Virus record (IMG/VR): IMGVR_UViG_3300025117_000106
Location: 1 to 46,389 of that record
Length of the DNA stretch: 46,389 nt
Reading direction: 5' to 3' (one strand)
From: a virus
Taxonomy: Duplodnaviria; Caudoviricetes
Below, piece after piece: positions 1 through 9,998 of this stretch. A model generated the notes under the pieces. It was given only the letters and a program-made list of their open reading frames with translations, had not been told where the DNA came from and searched no databases. The translations under genes and the position numbers were made by a program. Position 1 is the stretch's first letter, and each line of letters begins with the position of its first letter.

Positions 1-21
1 TTAACCCATTGGAGAAAACGA

Positions 22-369
22 ATGGGAATATTAAATAAGGATTTAGGAATATATAGGACACCAATGAAACAAGACGACAAGAAAAAATCAAATGTATTCA
101 CAGCACTTGCAGACAAAACTAAAACTGCCACAGTAAAAGAATCTGATATTGAAAAAATACAACCCAATCTCAAACAAATAAAATCTGAAGGATGGAGAAA
201 AGCGATAGTTAAGAACAAAGAAAAAACTAACGATAATGTTTTAAGCACACTCCCAAACAGACATACCGGGTATAAAATTTCACAAAACCCCGCAGACTTC
301 ACAGACCAAGAAAAATTAAAAGTAAATAAATCTAATCAAAAACGTGTAAACAAAATATTAGGATATTGA
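22..369 (+). CDS. Small basic hypothetical protein (115 aa)
   Basis: GGAG SD upstream of the ATG; abuts the next gene; no recognisable motif. Confidence 0.7.
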   Translation: MGILNKDLGIYRTPMKQDDKKKSNVFTALADKTKTATVKESDIEKIQPNLKQIKSEGWRKAIVKNKEKTNDNVLSTLPNRHTGYKISQNPADFTDQEKLKVNKSNQKRVNKILGY

Positions 370-370
370 T

Positions 371-1780
371 ATGGAAAAGGACGTATTCGCAGCAATGTTA
401 AATGAAGACGACAAGCAGACCAAAGCTATAAAGGATATGGAAGATCCCGAAGAAGTTAAGGCTGCACTCGAACTACTCGGAGAAAAAATTGATGAAACCC
501 CTAAAGGGGACACTCCATCAAAACCAACAGAACCCGATGAATTTCCCAAAGAGGAGGAGAAGGACACTTCTAAGGTTACAGAAAAAACTGAAGCCGAGAA
601 AAAGATAGAGGTCGAGAAAAAACTTAACGGCGAAGAACCTCCAAAACTTCCTGATGATGAAACTAAATTTCTTTTGACTGATGAGGTGATTGAGAAACAG
701 CCGGAAGAAAATAAAGCCATCCTTGCCAAGTACAAGGGACAGGGTAAAGAAGAATTGGCTCAGGCAGCAGCCAACGCAGTAGCGTTAAAGACTCCGCATT
801 TCAAGGACAACCCAAAAGCGATAGCACTCTTTAAGGAACAGTTCCTTGAAAAGACGGATGATGAGTTAATTAATATCCTTGTCGATACTCAGCGAGAAAC
901 AGGAAGGGTAGAGAAACCGGCAGAAGAAAAAAAATCAATCCCGAAAATAGAACTTCCTTCACTTCCCGATGACGATCCTGAAATCCAAAAGGTTCTTGAC
1001 AAAGAAACCTTAGTACGTCTCAAGGCAAAATATCCTAACCTCCCGGCAGTAGAAAATATGGACGCTGAAGAATATAAGGAATGGCGTAGAGACCTAAACA
1101 CGGATGAACCGGATAATAAATTCAAAGAAGATTTACAGCAGACAAGAGAAGCGGTAAAGACCGAACTCTCTAAAGTTGTTTACATAAAAAACAACCTGCC
1201 AAATCTATTTGAAGAATCTCCTAACGAAGTTCTTCCCTTGCTCACAGAAGCAAACTTGCCAAGACTTAAAGCCCTTAACGACAATCCAATGAGTGTACTT
1301 GAACAGGATTTACAAACCGAAATCGAGATAATAAAAAACGGACTCAAGAAATTCGGATTGACTGAACAAGACATAATTGTAGATGGAAAACCTCTCGATC
1401 TGACTGTTACAAAAGATGAAACCGGGACACCTTTCAACAAGACCTTAAACGATCTTATTATGGAAGGTAAAACAGCAGACGGAACCCCGATCCCCTCAGG
1501 TAAAATCATAGGGACAAGAGGAAAAACCTTCTGGTTAAAGCAAGGTGAATTGGCAAGAAAATTCAAAGAAGAATTTGACGACAAAATTCTTACTGCTTTT
1601 GTAAACAAGAAAACTCAAACCGAGAAAGTAGTTAAGGAAAAGATTAAGGATGAAACTTTATTAGAGGCATCCGGGAAAGGTGGCGGAGGAGGCAAGAAAG
1701 TTCTTACGGTAGAAGATATTCAGAAAGAACAAGACCCGGTAAAGATGCAGAAGATATTAGCCGATTTAGAAAAAAATTAA
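371..1780 (+). CDS. Putative capsid scaffolding protein (469 aa)
   Basis: E/K/D/P-rich low-complexity N-terminus, helical body and short C-terminal helix; immediately upstream of the probable capsid gene. Function is positional inference. Confidence 0.6.
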   Translation: MEKDVFAAMLNEDDKQTKAIKDMEDPEEVKAALELLGEKIDETPKGDTPSKPTEPDEFPKEEEKDTSKVTEKTEAEKKIEVEKKLNGEEPPKLPDDETKFLLTDEVIEKQPEENKAILAKYKGQGKEELAQAAANAVALKTPHFKDNPKAIALFKEQFLEKTDDELINILVDTQRETGRVEKPAEEKKSIPKIELPSLPDDDPEIQKVLDKETLVRLKAKYPNLPAVENMDAEEYKEWRRDLNTDEPDNKFKEDLQQTREAVKTELSKVVYIKNNLPNLFEESPNEVLPLLTEANLPRLKALNDNPMSVLEQDLQTEIEIIKNGLKKFGLTEQDIIVDGKPLDLTVTKDETGTPFNKTLNDLIMEGKTADGTPIPSGKIIGTRGKTFWLKQGELARKFKEEFDDKILTAFVNKKTQTEKVVKEKIKDETLLEASGKGGGGGKKVLTVEDIQKEQDPVKMQKILADLEKN

Positions 1781-1809
1781 ATCAAAAAAAATAAGGAGTT
1801 TATAAAATA

Positions 1810-3111
1810 ATGGGAACATTTAATAAAGACGTTGCTTTGTATCGTACTGCGTTACAGCAGAACTTTACATTGCACGAATGGCATCAAATCCCTGTTTGGG
1901 GTGATTTGATGGGTTATCCCGGAGGTAAAAACCAATTTGGTTATCCTACCTCAATTCCCTTTGGCGCAATAAGATCAAGAAATGTTGCTCCAGTTGGAAA
2001 TGTAATTGAAGTAATGTTGGACTGGTTTCACTTAGGCGGTTGGGATATGGACATCCCTGTATTGTTACCACTTGTTGATCTTCCGAAACGAGGCGATGAA
2101 CAAGCTAAAGGTTCTGGTGAGGACAGGAGATGGGTTTATCGTAAAGCCTGGTTCACTCAGGTAAGAAAAGTTCTTAAGGTTAGCGATGGTTCTTACGGTG
2201 AAATGGCAATCAATCCACAACTAATTAAACAGTTGCTCAGTAGAGTTACAACTGATCTTGAAAAATATAATATGGATATGCGACTTCATGCACCTTACCA
2301 GGCAATCTATAAAGGATATGACGATAACTTACTCGGTACTGCCGAATTAGCTGCTGACATATCTCAGAAATCTCATCCAAACTTCTTCATAGAAGGATAT
2401 GGAAAAGTAACCTACAATGCAGACAATAATGTTTATGAAACTGCAATTGCAGCGTTACTTGCAAATCTTGGAGTGGGTGATGAATTCACAATGTCAACTT
2501 TAAGAAAAGCAAAGATGGCAGCAAACGAACTTACTATCGGTTATCCAACTATCACGGTTATGGGAAAACCAATTACCGGAGTCTGTATTTGTAATGATAG
2601 ACAGTTCGCTCAACTTGTGGAAGATCCATTGTTCGAGAAAGTTCACGTAGCACTTATCACAAAGGACGGCGATAAAGCACCTTTGTTTGATGGAGCTTAT
2701 GAGGCGCATTTGGTAGAAGGAACTTTAGTACTGGTTGACGTTAATAATCCCGGTATTTGGTTAAGTACAGATACAGATTATGATTCAACGAGAGGAGTCA
2801 TAAATTACGGAAACGTAAATCCGATAAAGAACCCTATCCATAATTCAGACATCAAGTGTGCAATTTATCTCGGTGCATCTGCTTTATTGTGTGCAAGTTC
2901 AAAGAAACGCAGAATGGAAGATGAAGTTGACGACTTTGGAAACGTCAAGGAAACAGCATCCATATCAGCATTTGGTTACACCAGAGCAGACAACTCTAAC
3001 AGAGACAGAAAAGTTGCAACAGCAGATTTCAAACCAAACACAAGCGGACTTTTAATTGCAACATACACACCGCAGAATATAGCATGGTCAACTGGTTCAA
3101 CAAGTTCATAA
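1810..3111 (+). CDS. Probable major capsid protein (433 aa)
   Basis: Strong AAGGAG SD, capsid-like size, position after the scaffold, followed by a terminator hairpin. C-terminal 'EDEVDDFGNVKETASISAFG' resembles the 'D.GN...G' region of N4-gp56-like capsids. Confidence 0.65.
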   Translation: MGTFNKDVALYRTALQQNFTLHEWHQIPVWGDLMGYPGGKNQFGYPTSIPFGAIRSRNVAPVGNVIEVMLDWFHLGGWDMDIPVLLPLVDLPKRGDEQAKGSGEDRRWVYRKAWFTQVRKVLKVSDGSYGEMAINPQLIKQLLSRVTTDLEKYNMDMRLHAPYQAIYKGYDDNLLGTAELAADISQKSHPNFFIEGYGKVTYNADNNVYETAIAALLANLGVGDEFTMSTLRKAKMAANELTIGYPTITVMGKPITGVCICNDRQFAQLVEDPLFEKVHVALITKDGDKAPLFDGAYEAHLVEGTLVLVDVNNPGIWLSTDTDYDSTRGVINYGNVNPIKNPIHNSDIKCAIYLGASALLCASSKKRRMEDEVDDFGNVKETASISAFGYTRADNSNRDRKVATADFKPNTSGLLIATYTPQNIAWSTGSTSS

Positions 3112-3117
3112 GTTAAT

Positions 3118-3145
3118 TTCTCCCGACTTATCGGGAGAAGGTTTT
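3118..3145 (+). terminator. Intrinsic terminator-like hairpin after the capsid gene
   Basis: Perfect 9-bp stem TTCTCCCGA-CTTA-TCGGGAGAA followed by GGTTTT. Confidence 0.7.
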
Positions 3146-3180
3146 AAGTTAATTTTTATTAAATAAATAGGAGAAATAAA

Positions 3181-3513
3181 ATGAGTGGTATAGGTTTAAG
3201 AGCAGGTTGGTCACATCCCTATGTAGGGGATCGTCCAAGAGAAATTTTGGGATTAACCGAAGCTCAGGAAGCAACCCTTAGTCAATTCATAGGATTTACC
3301 GGGAAAGACGTTAATGGTGATCCTGTTGAACAGTTCTTTATTACTTATGATGAAGATAGCGCACCAACGCTAACTGATTATGCAGAGACACCAATCGGGA
3401 CAATCATATTGACACCGAAGTTGGCGAATGTTGCGTTTTATCAACATCAAGCACAATCAACCCCTGCCGTAGTGGGTGATTGGGCTTCAGTCGCCAAGAC
3501 AACGGTAACATAA
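3181..3513 (+). CDS. Putative capsid decoration/minor head protein (110 aa)
   Basis: AGGAG SD; T/A/V-rich small protein directly after the capsid gene, flanked by hairpins. Confidence 0.5.
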   Translation: MSGIGLRAGWSHPYVGDRPREILGLTEAQEATLSQFIGFTGKDVNGDPVEQFFITYDEDSAPTLTDYAETPIGTIILTPKLANVAFYQHQAQSTPAVVGDWASVAKTTVT

Positions 3514-3535
3514 ATTATTCAGAAATATTATTAAC

Positions 3536-3564
3536 CCTGCCCTTAACCGGGCAGGTTATTTATT
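3536..3564 (+). terminator. Intrinsic terminator-like hairpin
   Basis: CCTGCCC-TTAACC-GGGCAGG stem-loop followed by TTATTTATT. Confidence 0.65.
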
Positions 3565-3587
3565 AGAAATAAAGAAAGAGTACAGAT

Positions 3588-4055
3588 ATGGCAAAGATAA
3601 TTTCCAAAACAACAACAACATTAAAGATACCTCCAAACTTCAAAGGGTTGACAGGCAAACAATGGCTTGTTATAGACTTTGAAGCAGACACACCAACAGA
3701 AGTGCCCGACAATGTTGCCGCATATTATGTAAAGAGTTGGTCCAACAAGTTCAGATATGCAAAGGAAGAAGTCCAGATTTCTCCTCTTGGAAACGAAGGG
3801 AACAAAAACAACACTCCTCCACCTCCGGAAGAATTTGAACCAATAAAATTCCTTGAGCAGAACTATGACAGAATTGAAGATGCAGTAAACGAACTCACAG
3901 ACAGGAAACAAATACTTAAGTTGTGTGAAAGTTTACACTTCAAGGGATATCACACTCAAAAAACTGACAGACTGAAAGAAAGAATCATTAACGATATTGA
4001 AGTAAAGAAAAAACAAGAAGAAGAAATTAAAATGAACAAAGGGGCTGTTGATTGA
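3588..4055 (+). CDS. Hypothetical head-completion-region protein (155 aa)
   Basis: Two small domains joined by a PPPP linker; its stop overlaps the TTG start of the next gene. Confidence 0.6.
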   Translation: MAKIISKTTTTLKIPPNFKGLTGKQWLVIDFEADTPTEVPDNVAAYYVKSWSNKFRYAKEEVQISPLGNEGNKNNTPPPPEEFEPIKFLEQNYDRIEDAVNELTDRKQILKLCESLHFKGYHTQKTDRLKERIINDIEVKKKQEEEIKMNKGAVD

Positions 4056-4549
4056 GAAGCCTTGATTTAATAGGTCGTGTATTACGCAATCTTCGGAGGC
4101 ATAACATTACAACCTCTGAGGCTTTGGATGAAGACGTACTTGACGAACTTAACCAGGGACAGAACCAGATCATCTCTGAGATAAACACAGACAAGTCAGT
4201 AACAATCACACTATTGGAAGGGATTGATAGTTATGCACTAACAACGGATGAGGAGACCGAAACTGAGGAGACAACTACTATGAAAGAATTTGTAAACTAT
4301 GATCTTATCGGAACAAAGAACGGAGTAAATAGAGTCTTTACATTCCCGACAATGCCGGATCAGGGACACGCTATTATGGTATTCCTAAATGGGGTTAAGC
4401 TCAATCGGGATGTAGAATATGTGATAACGTGGGAATCAACCTCAGCTTACATCACCTTGCTTGACACTATCACAACACCGCCTAATTATGATTATGATGC
4501 TTTAGTAGGTGATTACATCGATGCAAATTATTTTGAGGAAGCAGCATAA
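4052..4549 (+). CDS. N-terminal part of a head-tail adaptor/ring protein (aa 1-76) fused to an 89-aa fibre-type beta domain
   Basis: 'LIGRVLRNL..DEDVLDELNQGQNQII...TITLLEGIDSYAL' is the usual adaptor N-terminus. After an EETETEETTT linker, 'GTKNGVNRVFTF..MVFLNGVKL..DVEY' is a motif common in fibre-associated proteins. Confidence 0.7.
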   Translation: MRSLDLIGRVLRNLRRHNITTSEALDEDVLDELNQGQNQIISEINTDKSVTITLLEGIDSYALTTDEETETEETTTMKEFVNYDLIGTKNGVNRVFTFPTMPDQGHAIMVFLNGVKLNRDVEYVITWESTSAYITLLDTITTPPNYDYDALVGDYIDANYFEEAA

Positions 4550-5232
4550 TGAAAAAGATATTATTATTTCTGATAATAAGTACAATATTTATTGTTAATG
4601 GGTATGCACAAAATGTAAACATATCGCAGGTTAGACACTTACAAGATTCGCTATTGAACAAACCAACTAAGGCTATGGCAGATACAAAATATCTCGCTAA
4701 ATCAGCTTTTGCAGATTCATTTGCTAATAATATGAACCGTACAAGCATAGCACAAATTAAAGAAGTTTCTGAATACGAACCTGTGATCCAGGATAGTTCA
4801 ATGCTTCTCTACAACTCAGGCACTTGGAGTATATTTGACTTAGGACAGGCGTTAGTTGCACTTGCTCAGAATACGGTAACAATAACTTACCCTGATGCAA
4901 ACACGATAGATTTTAATAATAACGACCAGATTTTACTTGAACAGACAACATTAGCAATAAATGGGAATAATGAATTATCAGTTGTGGACTTAAGTGCTTT
5001 CATAAAAACAGGCATAGATTCAATCCGTTACGGTGTGGATAGCGTTGTGGTTCCTCACGGAGTTGGAAGCGCACCTTCTTTTGTAAGCATACAATTGATG
5101 TCAGATGGATTTGGATTTAGGACCTGGGTGAATGTAATAGGTGCAACTACATTCTCAGTTAAACGAAACAGTTCGGTGTACATAGAAACACCTTCAACTT
5201 ATATAAAGTTTAGATGGTTAGCATACAAATAA
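4549..5232 (+). CDS. Signal-peptide protein with a fibre-tip/lectin-like C-terminal domain (227 aa)
   Basis: Sec-type leader MKKILLFLIISTIFIVNGYA|Q; C-terminal 'VVVPHGVGSAPSFV...TTFSV...FRWLA' is typical of small fibre-tip beta-sandwiches. Confidence 0.7.
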   Translation: MKKILLFLIISTIFIVNGYAQNVNISQVRHLQDSLLNKPTKAMADTKYLAKSAFADSFANNMNRTSIAQIKEVSEYEPVIQDSSMLLYNSGTWSIFDLGQALVALAQNTVTITYPDANTIDFNNNDQILLEQTTLAINGNNELSVVDLSAFIKTGIDSIRYGVDSVVVPHGVGSAPSFVSIQLMSDGFGFRTWVNVIGATTFSVKRNSSVYIETPSTYIKFRWLAYK

Positions 5233-5245
5233 TTAAGGATGTAAA

Positions 5246-7318
5246 ATGAAAAAAATACTTTTGATAATATTATTATTGGCAGGGATGAGTTATCCGCAAT
5301 ATGGAATTAAGCCTAAACTTGATTCAACAATCACAACGGTTGAAGGTAACACAGATGCTATTATACAAATACAAAATGGTACTATAACATCAAATAACAT
5401 ATATACTAAAGATCAGGTAGATGGTCTTATAGCAACCTTACGGCAGGAGTTGAAAGATTCTATCGCCTCATTAAGAGAACTGATAGATGGTGTTATCCCG
5501 ATCTTTCCTTATGCACCTTATAATTTAGATACAACTAAGGTTGAGACTAATTTTATTGCTATTAGTTGGGACGATTCAACGACTTCTCCTGACAGCTTTT
5601 TAATTGAATATGCGAATTTACAATATGACCCAATAACACCTACTCATGCCGTTTGGGGATATTCCACCAATAAAACCGATACAATATCAGGACTTATAGT
5701 TGCTACTCCATATTCAATAAGGGTAAGGACAATTAAAGCTGGTTCAGAATCAGCAGTATCAAATGTTTTAACGGTTACAACAGACGCAGAAGTCCCGCCC
5801 CCGGCAGGTGGTGGTGGTGAGACTTATCTATATGTTTCTGCAAGTGCGACAGGCACAGGAGATGGTTCGGTTGGTAATCCCTATACACTATCTCAAGCAA
5901 GAAATATTGTAACTGGGGATGATACAGTAATATTAGCTCCTGGATATTATGATGTACCGAATCTTCCATCGCAAGACGTAATTATCTTTTCGAGAAGTGG
6001 GACATCTGGGCATAGAATTGTATGGAGAGGGACTATCGCAGACGATGCAGCTTATTGGGCTGATAGTGCAGCAGACTTTAGCGAAACGTCTACGGTAATA
6101 AGATGCTATGGGCAATATCAAGATAAAGCCATAATCTTATCAGGCGATTACCAGACGTTTGAAAATATAATTATGTACACAGCTACATCTAATAATAGAG
6201 GGCTTGTAGAATTACATACTAATAATATTCTTGATTCAGTTGTGGTTATGCAAAACGAAAGTGGACTTTTAACTTCTGACCATACCATTCGTTCTGATCC
6301 TGGCGCAGACAATATTATAATGAGATATTGCAGATTATGGGGTAGTAATAAAACTGGTATCTGGATAGAATCTGGTAATAGTGATCCTTGTAATAATTTA
6401 CTAATAGAGAATTGCATAATAGAAGGTATTGATAACCATTACCCAATTCAGATAATGCCTACAACAAACGTATCTGCTTATCCTAATGGTATAAGTGATA
6501 ATGCTATTGTTAGAAATAACTTATTTGAATCTACCTACGCTAGTCAAGGTGGAGTATATGTAAGACACGCTAAGAACTTTCAAATCTATAATAATGTTTT
6601 CTTAGGTGAATCTTATCCCCTAATTATGGAATATCAACCAATTTACTTAGATACAATAGATGGAGAAAAGGCTATCGTTGCACACAATACATCTATCATA
6701 AGTATTCCAAATGGTACTAATTATAGTTTGCATTTTCCAAGAGGTGTAAACTCGATAGACTATGTAAATAACTTATTTTATTCTGCTTCTGGTTTTACTT
6801 ATTTATACCGTAGTAGTTTATCTACAAATGGTGGCACTTACTCAACAGCACGTTCACAAATTGATTATAACCTTTATTACAGTCCATTAGAAAATATTAA
6901 CAACGGAAATACAAGAGCAGTATCTTGGGATGGTACAAGCAGGAATTGGACTACTTGGTTATCTGCGACAGGACACGATGCCAATACGATAATAGATGAT
7001 AACCCTGATTTTACAGGCTCAATTACTTATGATGCGACTAAAACATCAGCGTTAAATTATCAGTTGCAATTAGGTAGCCCGGCGATAGATGCTGGACTTA
7101 CTATTTCAATTGCTAATGGTTACATAGTAGATATTAACACAGACTTTTTAGGTAATCCCAGAGACGCAACCCCTGACATTGGTGCATTTGAATATGTTGG
7201 TGGCGGACTTGGATATAATAGTTGGAAAAAAATTCAATATTTAATAAATAAAGTTAAGGGAAGCTCAACCCCTGTTTCTAATATCCCTTACACCATAATG
7301 GAAACAAATGAATTATAA
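5246..7318 (+). CDS. Signal-peptide protein: coiled coil, fibronectin type III domain, right-handed beta-helix, choice-of-anchor-Q-like C-terminus (690 aa)
   Basis: Leader MKKILLIILLLAGMSYP|Q; FN3 motifs 'APYNL..ISWDD..TISGL...YSIRVR..SAVSN'; 'YVSASATGTGDGSVGNPY'; 'RNNLF/YNNVF/HNT' beta-helix rungs; 'SPAIDAG..DFLGNPR..PDIGAFE'. Confidence 0.8.
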   Translation: MKKILLIILLLAGMSYPQYGIKPKLDSTITTVEGNTDAIIQIQNGTITSNNIYTKDQVDGLIATLRQELKDSIASLRELIDGVIPIFPYAPYNLDTTKVETNFIAISWDDSTTSPDSFLIEYANLQYDPITPTHAVWGYSTNKTDTISGLIVATPYSIRVRTIKAGSESAVSNVLTVTTDAEVPPPAGGGGETYLYVSASATGTGDGSVGNPYTLSQARNIVTGDDTVILAPGYYDVPNLPSQDVIIFSRSGTSGHRIVWRGTIADDAAYWADSAADFSETSTVIRCYGQYQDKAIILSGDYQTFENIIMYTATSNNRGLVELHTNNILDSVVVMQNESGLLTSDHTIRSDPGADNIIMRYCRLWGSNKTGIWIESGNSDPCNNLLIENCIIEGIDNHYPIQIMPTTNVSAYPNGISDNAIVRNNLFESTYASQGGVYVRHAKNFQIYNNVFLGESYPLIMEYQPIYLDTIDGEKAIVAHNTSIISIPNGTNYSLHFPRGVNSIDYVNNLFYSASGFTYLYRSSLSTNGGTYSTARSQIDYNLYYSPLENINNGNTRAVSWDGTSRNWTTWLSATGHDANTIIDDNPDFTGSITYDATKTSALNYQLQLGSPAIDAGLTISIANGYIVDINTDFLGNPRDATPDIGAFEYVGGGLGYNSWKKIQYLINKVKGSSTPVSNIPYTIMETNEL

Positions 7319-9998
7319 TATGAAAACACTAATCTTTGGCATAGCCACAGGCTTTCTTTTACTAACATCATTTGCATATCCGCAGAGTAAAATGCATTTG
7401 TTGTTTGATGATGAATTTATTTCTGTTGACCAATATGGAGCAGTTGGTGATGGGGTAACTGATGACTATCAAGCAATACAGGACGCAATAGATGCACAAA
7501 AGAACGTGGTATTTAATAGTGGGAAAACTTATCTGGTTTCACAACCAATTTATTTAAGGGCTAATTCTAATTATAAAATAAATGGCAACATAAAAATAAT
7601 GGATGGGGATTCATCGGCTTTAATTGTTGATGCAACTGTTGGACAAGATACATTTATAGTAGCCGAACCTGAGAAATTCGCAGTTGGACAATGGGTAGCT
7701 GTTTCTGATACACAAACCATTCTTACTAAAATGTATGTAAGAGCAGCTTGGCGAGCTTTCACTTCAAAAATTATAGAAATATCTGGTGATACATTAGTGC
7801 TAAATGCTTCTGCTTATCCAACACACGATTATCTTGTGTCTAAAAATGCTATGGTATCACACTGCCAAAGTATAATTATAGCAGAAGGGATTGAGAATGT
7901 ACGCATTTTCGGTAACGGCACTATACTTGGTAATAGAGATAACCAAAAACAAGTGTGGCCGTGGGATTTTTTGGTTAAAGAAGAAAAGCGGGCAGGTGTT
8001 GGTATTTGTGTCACTTCTTGCGATAATGTTACTATTGAAGGCTTAACTGTAAGAGATGCCTTATTACACAACATTTCCGTTAGTGCTGTTTTAGATTCTG
8101 TTTTTTCAAGCAACATAAGATTAAATAATATTACTGCAATACACGCACACGATAAAAATATAATTATCAAAAGAACAAATAATTCTTGGGTAACAAATAC
8201 CTTTTGTGATTCTGCAACTTGGGAAGATGGATTAATTTATTATTTAGGTGATTCCAATGCTGTTGTTTCAAATGTTACACTTACAAATAATAATAGAAGC
8301 GGATTTTGTTGGAACTCAATTACAAGCCAATATTTAACTGCGGATCATATAACAACATCTGGGAATGGTTATGCAGGTGTATCCGTTAATGCAAAATATG
8401 CAACGTTATCTTATCTAACTATGGATGACCCTTTAAGTATCGCAACCTATACTCCTTATGACATTGTATTAAATAATGTAACAATTACAGGAGCAGATGG
8501 GACTTCCCCGCCTGTGGTAGATATTGGAGGGGCAAAACGAGTTACGCTAAATAATCTTATAATGACTGGATGTACTAACGATGGGATAAGAACTAATGGT
8601 ACTAATGAAGATATAATATTTAATGGTGGTGGAATTTATAATCATTATGGCAGAGTAAAATCTAACGTTACAGATGATATAACTTTTAATGATTTTGATG
8701 GACTTACAGAATATATGTATAACGGCGGGATGGAAATAGATACACTTTGGGCTGGCTCTGGTACAGAAGTAGGTGACACGTTAAGCCAATCAAGCTTGAT
8801 AAAGCATAGTGGCACTTATTCAAAATATATATCTACAAATTCTTTTGGTGAAGGCGTTCTTAGCCCTTTAGTTTATCTGGATTCAAACAGAGTTTACAAT
8901 ATTAGCTTTTGGATTTATCCTTTAGTTGCAGATAGTTCTATTAAAATAGTTGATCTTTTGAATAGATGGCAAATTGACACTACCTTGTCTTTAACGCTTA
9001 ACCAGTGGAATGAAATAAACCTAACTGTTAGCGCTACTGTCACCGACTATGATGAGCTTCTGATAAAGGCGGGTGGGGGCTCTGGAACTCCATCAACAAG
9101 ATTTTATTTAGATGATGTAAGTGTTATAGCAGGAGTTACTTATAGCGGCTCTGAACTTATTACAGCTACAATAGATAGAGGGTTAGAACCTGTCTCTGTT
9201 TATCAAAGTGATTTTAGTGTTGATGCAAATGGGTGGACAAATTATACTACGATACCATTAGCGGGAAACATAGATGGTATTTGGGGAGAAGATAATGTTT
9301 TAAGAGGTATTCCAAATTCTACAAGTAGTGGGGGCAGATTTTATTATAATAATTTTTTTACAGTGGGCACTAAGTATGCATTTTCATTCAGATACCTCAT
9401 CCCAGCGGCGAATAATACTTGTGATAATATGAGCCTATATCAAGGTAATATGGTTGAACCCGCCCTCATAACCTTTTTTAACAGTGCGACTAATGTATGG
9501 TCGTTACAGAAAGTATCTTTTGTGTCTCTTTACGACGAGGCTATGTTTTCTGTCGCCTGTGTAACAGCCACAACTGATTCTTCTTATTACAAAGATATGG
9601 GACTATCCACTATCTCTAATTATACAGCTACTGGTAATCATTCCATAGATACTTCATCGACTTACAAACAAGCTGGAAGTTATTCGGGGAAAATTATTGC
9701 CACAGCAGCAGGTAACGGCACAACAAACACAATTTCGTTGGCATCAACAAAGTTTACAGCAGTTACAAGTGGATTAGATTATCGGTTTAAGTTATATGCC
9801 TATACCACAACTGCAAACACTACTTTAACTTTTAAGCTGGGTGATATTACTAAGACGGCAATAGTCCCAACAAGCGGTATGAGTGTAATAAACTTTGATT
9901 TTGTCGCAACAGCAAGCACAACAGGTAATATTTTGCTTTACTTAGATAAAGCCGCGACTGTCTACACAGATGAACTTTCATTAAAGAGTGGACAATGA
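7308..9998 (+). CDS. Signal-peptide tailspike-like protein: pectate-lyase-type beta-helix plus CBM-like domains (896 aa; likely start ATG 7320)
   Basis: Leader MKTLIFGIATGFLLLTSFAYP|Q; 'SVDQYGAVGDGVTDDYQAIQDAID' is the pectate_lyase_3/tailspike signature; 'NGGME..W...HSGTYS..YNISFWI..FYLDDVSV' is CBM4/9-like. Confidence 0.8.
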   Translation: MNYNMKTLIFGIATGFLLLTSFAYPQSKMHLLFDDEFISVDQYGAVGDGVTDDYQAIQDAIDAQKNVVFNSGKTYLVSQPIYLRANSNYKINGNIKIMDGDSSALIVDATVGQDTFIVAEPEKFAVGQWVAVSDTQTILTKMYVRAAWRAFTSKIIEISGDTLVLNASAYPTHDYLVSKNAMVSHCQSIIIAEGIENVRIFGNGTILGNRDNQKQVWPWDFLVKEEKRAGVGICVTSCDNVTIEGLTVRDALLHNISVSAVLDSVFSSNIRLNNITAIHAHDKNIIIKRTNNSWVTNTFCDSATWEDGLIYYLGDSNAVVSNVTLTNNNRSGFCWNSITSQYLTADHITTSGNGYAGVSVNAKYATLSYLTMDDPLSIATYTPYDIVLNNVTITGADGTSPPVVDIGGAKRVTLNNLIMTGCTNDGIRTNGTNEDIIFNGGGIYNHYGRVKSNVTDDITFNDFDGLTEYMYNGGMEIDTLWAGSGTEVGDTLSQSSLIKHSGTYSKYISTNSFGEGVLSPLVYLDSNRVYNISFWIYPLVADSSIKIVDLLNRWQIDTTLSLTLNQWNEINLTVSATVTDYDELLIKAGGGSGTPSTRFYLDDVSVIAGVTYSGSELITATIDRGLEPVSVYQSDFSVDANGWTNYTTIPLAGNIDGIWGEDNVLRGIPNSTSSGGRFYYNNFFTVGTKYAFSFRYLIPAANNTCDNMSLYQGNMVEPALITFFNSATNVWSLQKVSFVSLYDEAMFSVACVTATTDSSYYKDMGLSTISNYTATGNHSIDTSSTYKQAGSYSGKIIATAAGNGTTNTISLASTKFTAVTSGLDYRFKLYAYTTTANTTLTFKLGDITKTAIVPTSGMSVINFDFVATASTTGNILLYLDKAATVYTDELSLKSGQ

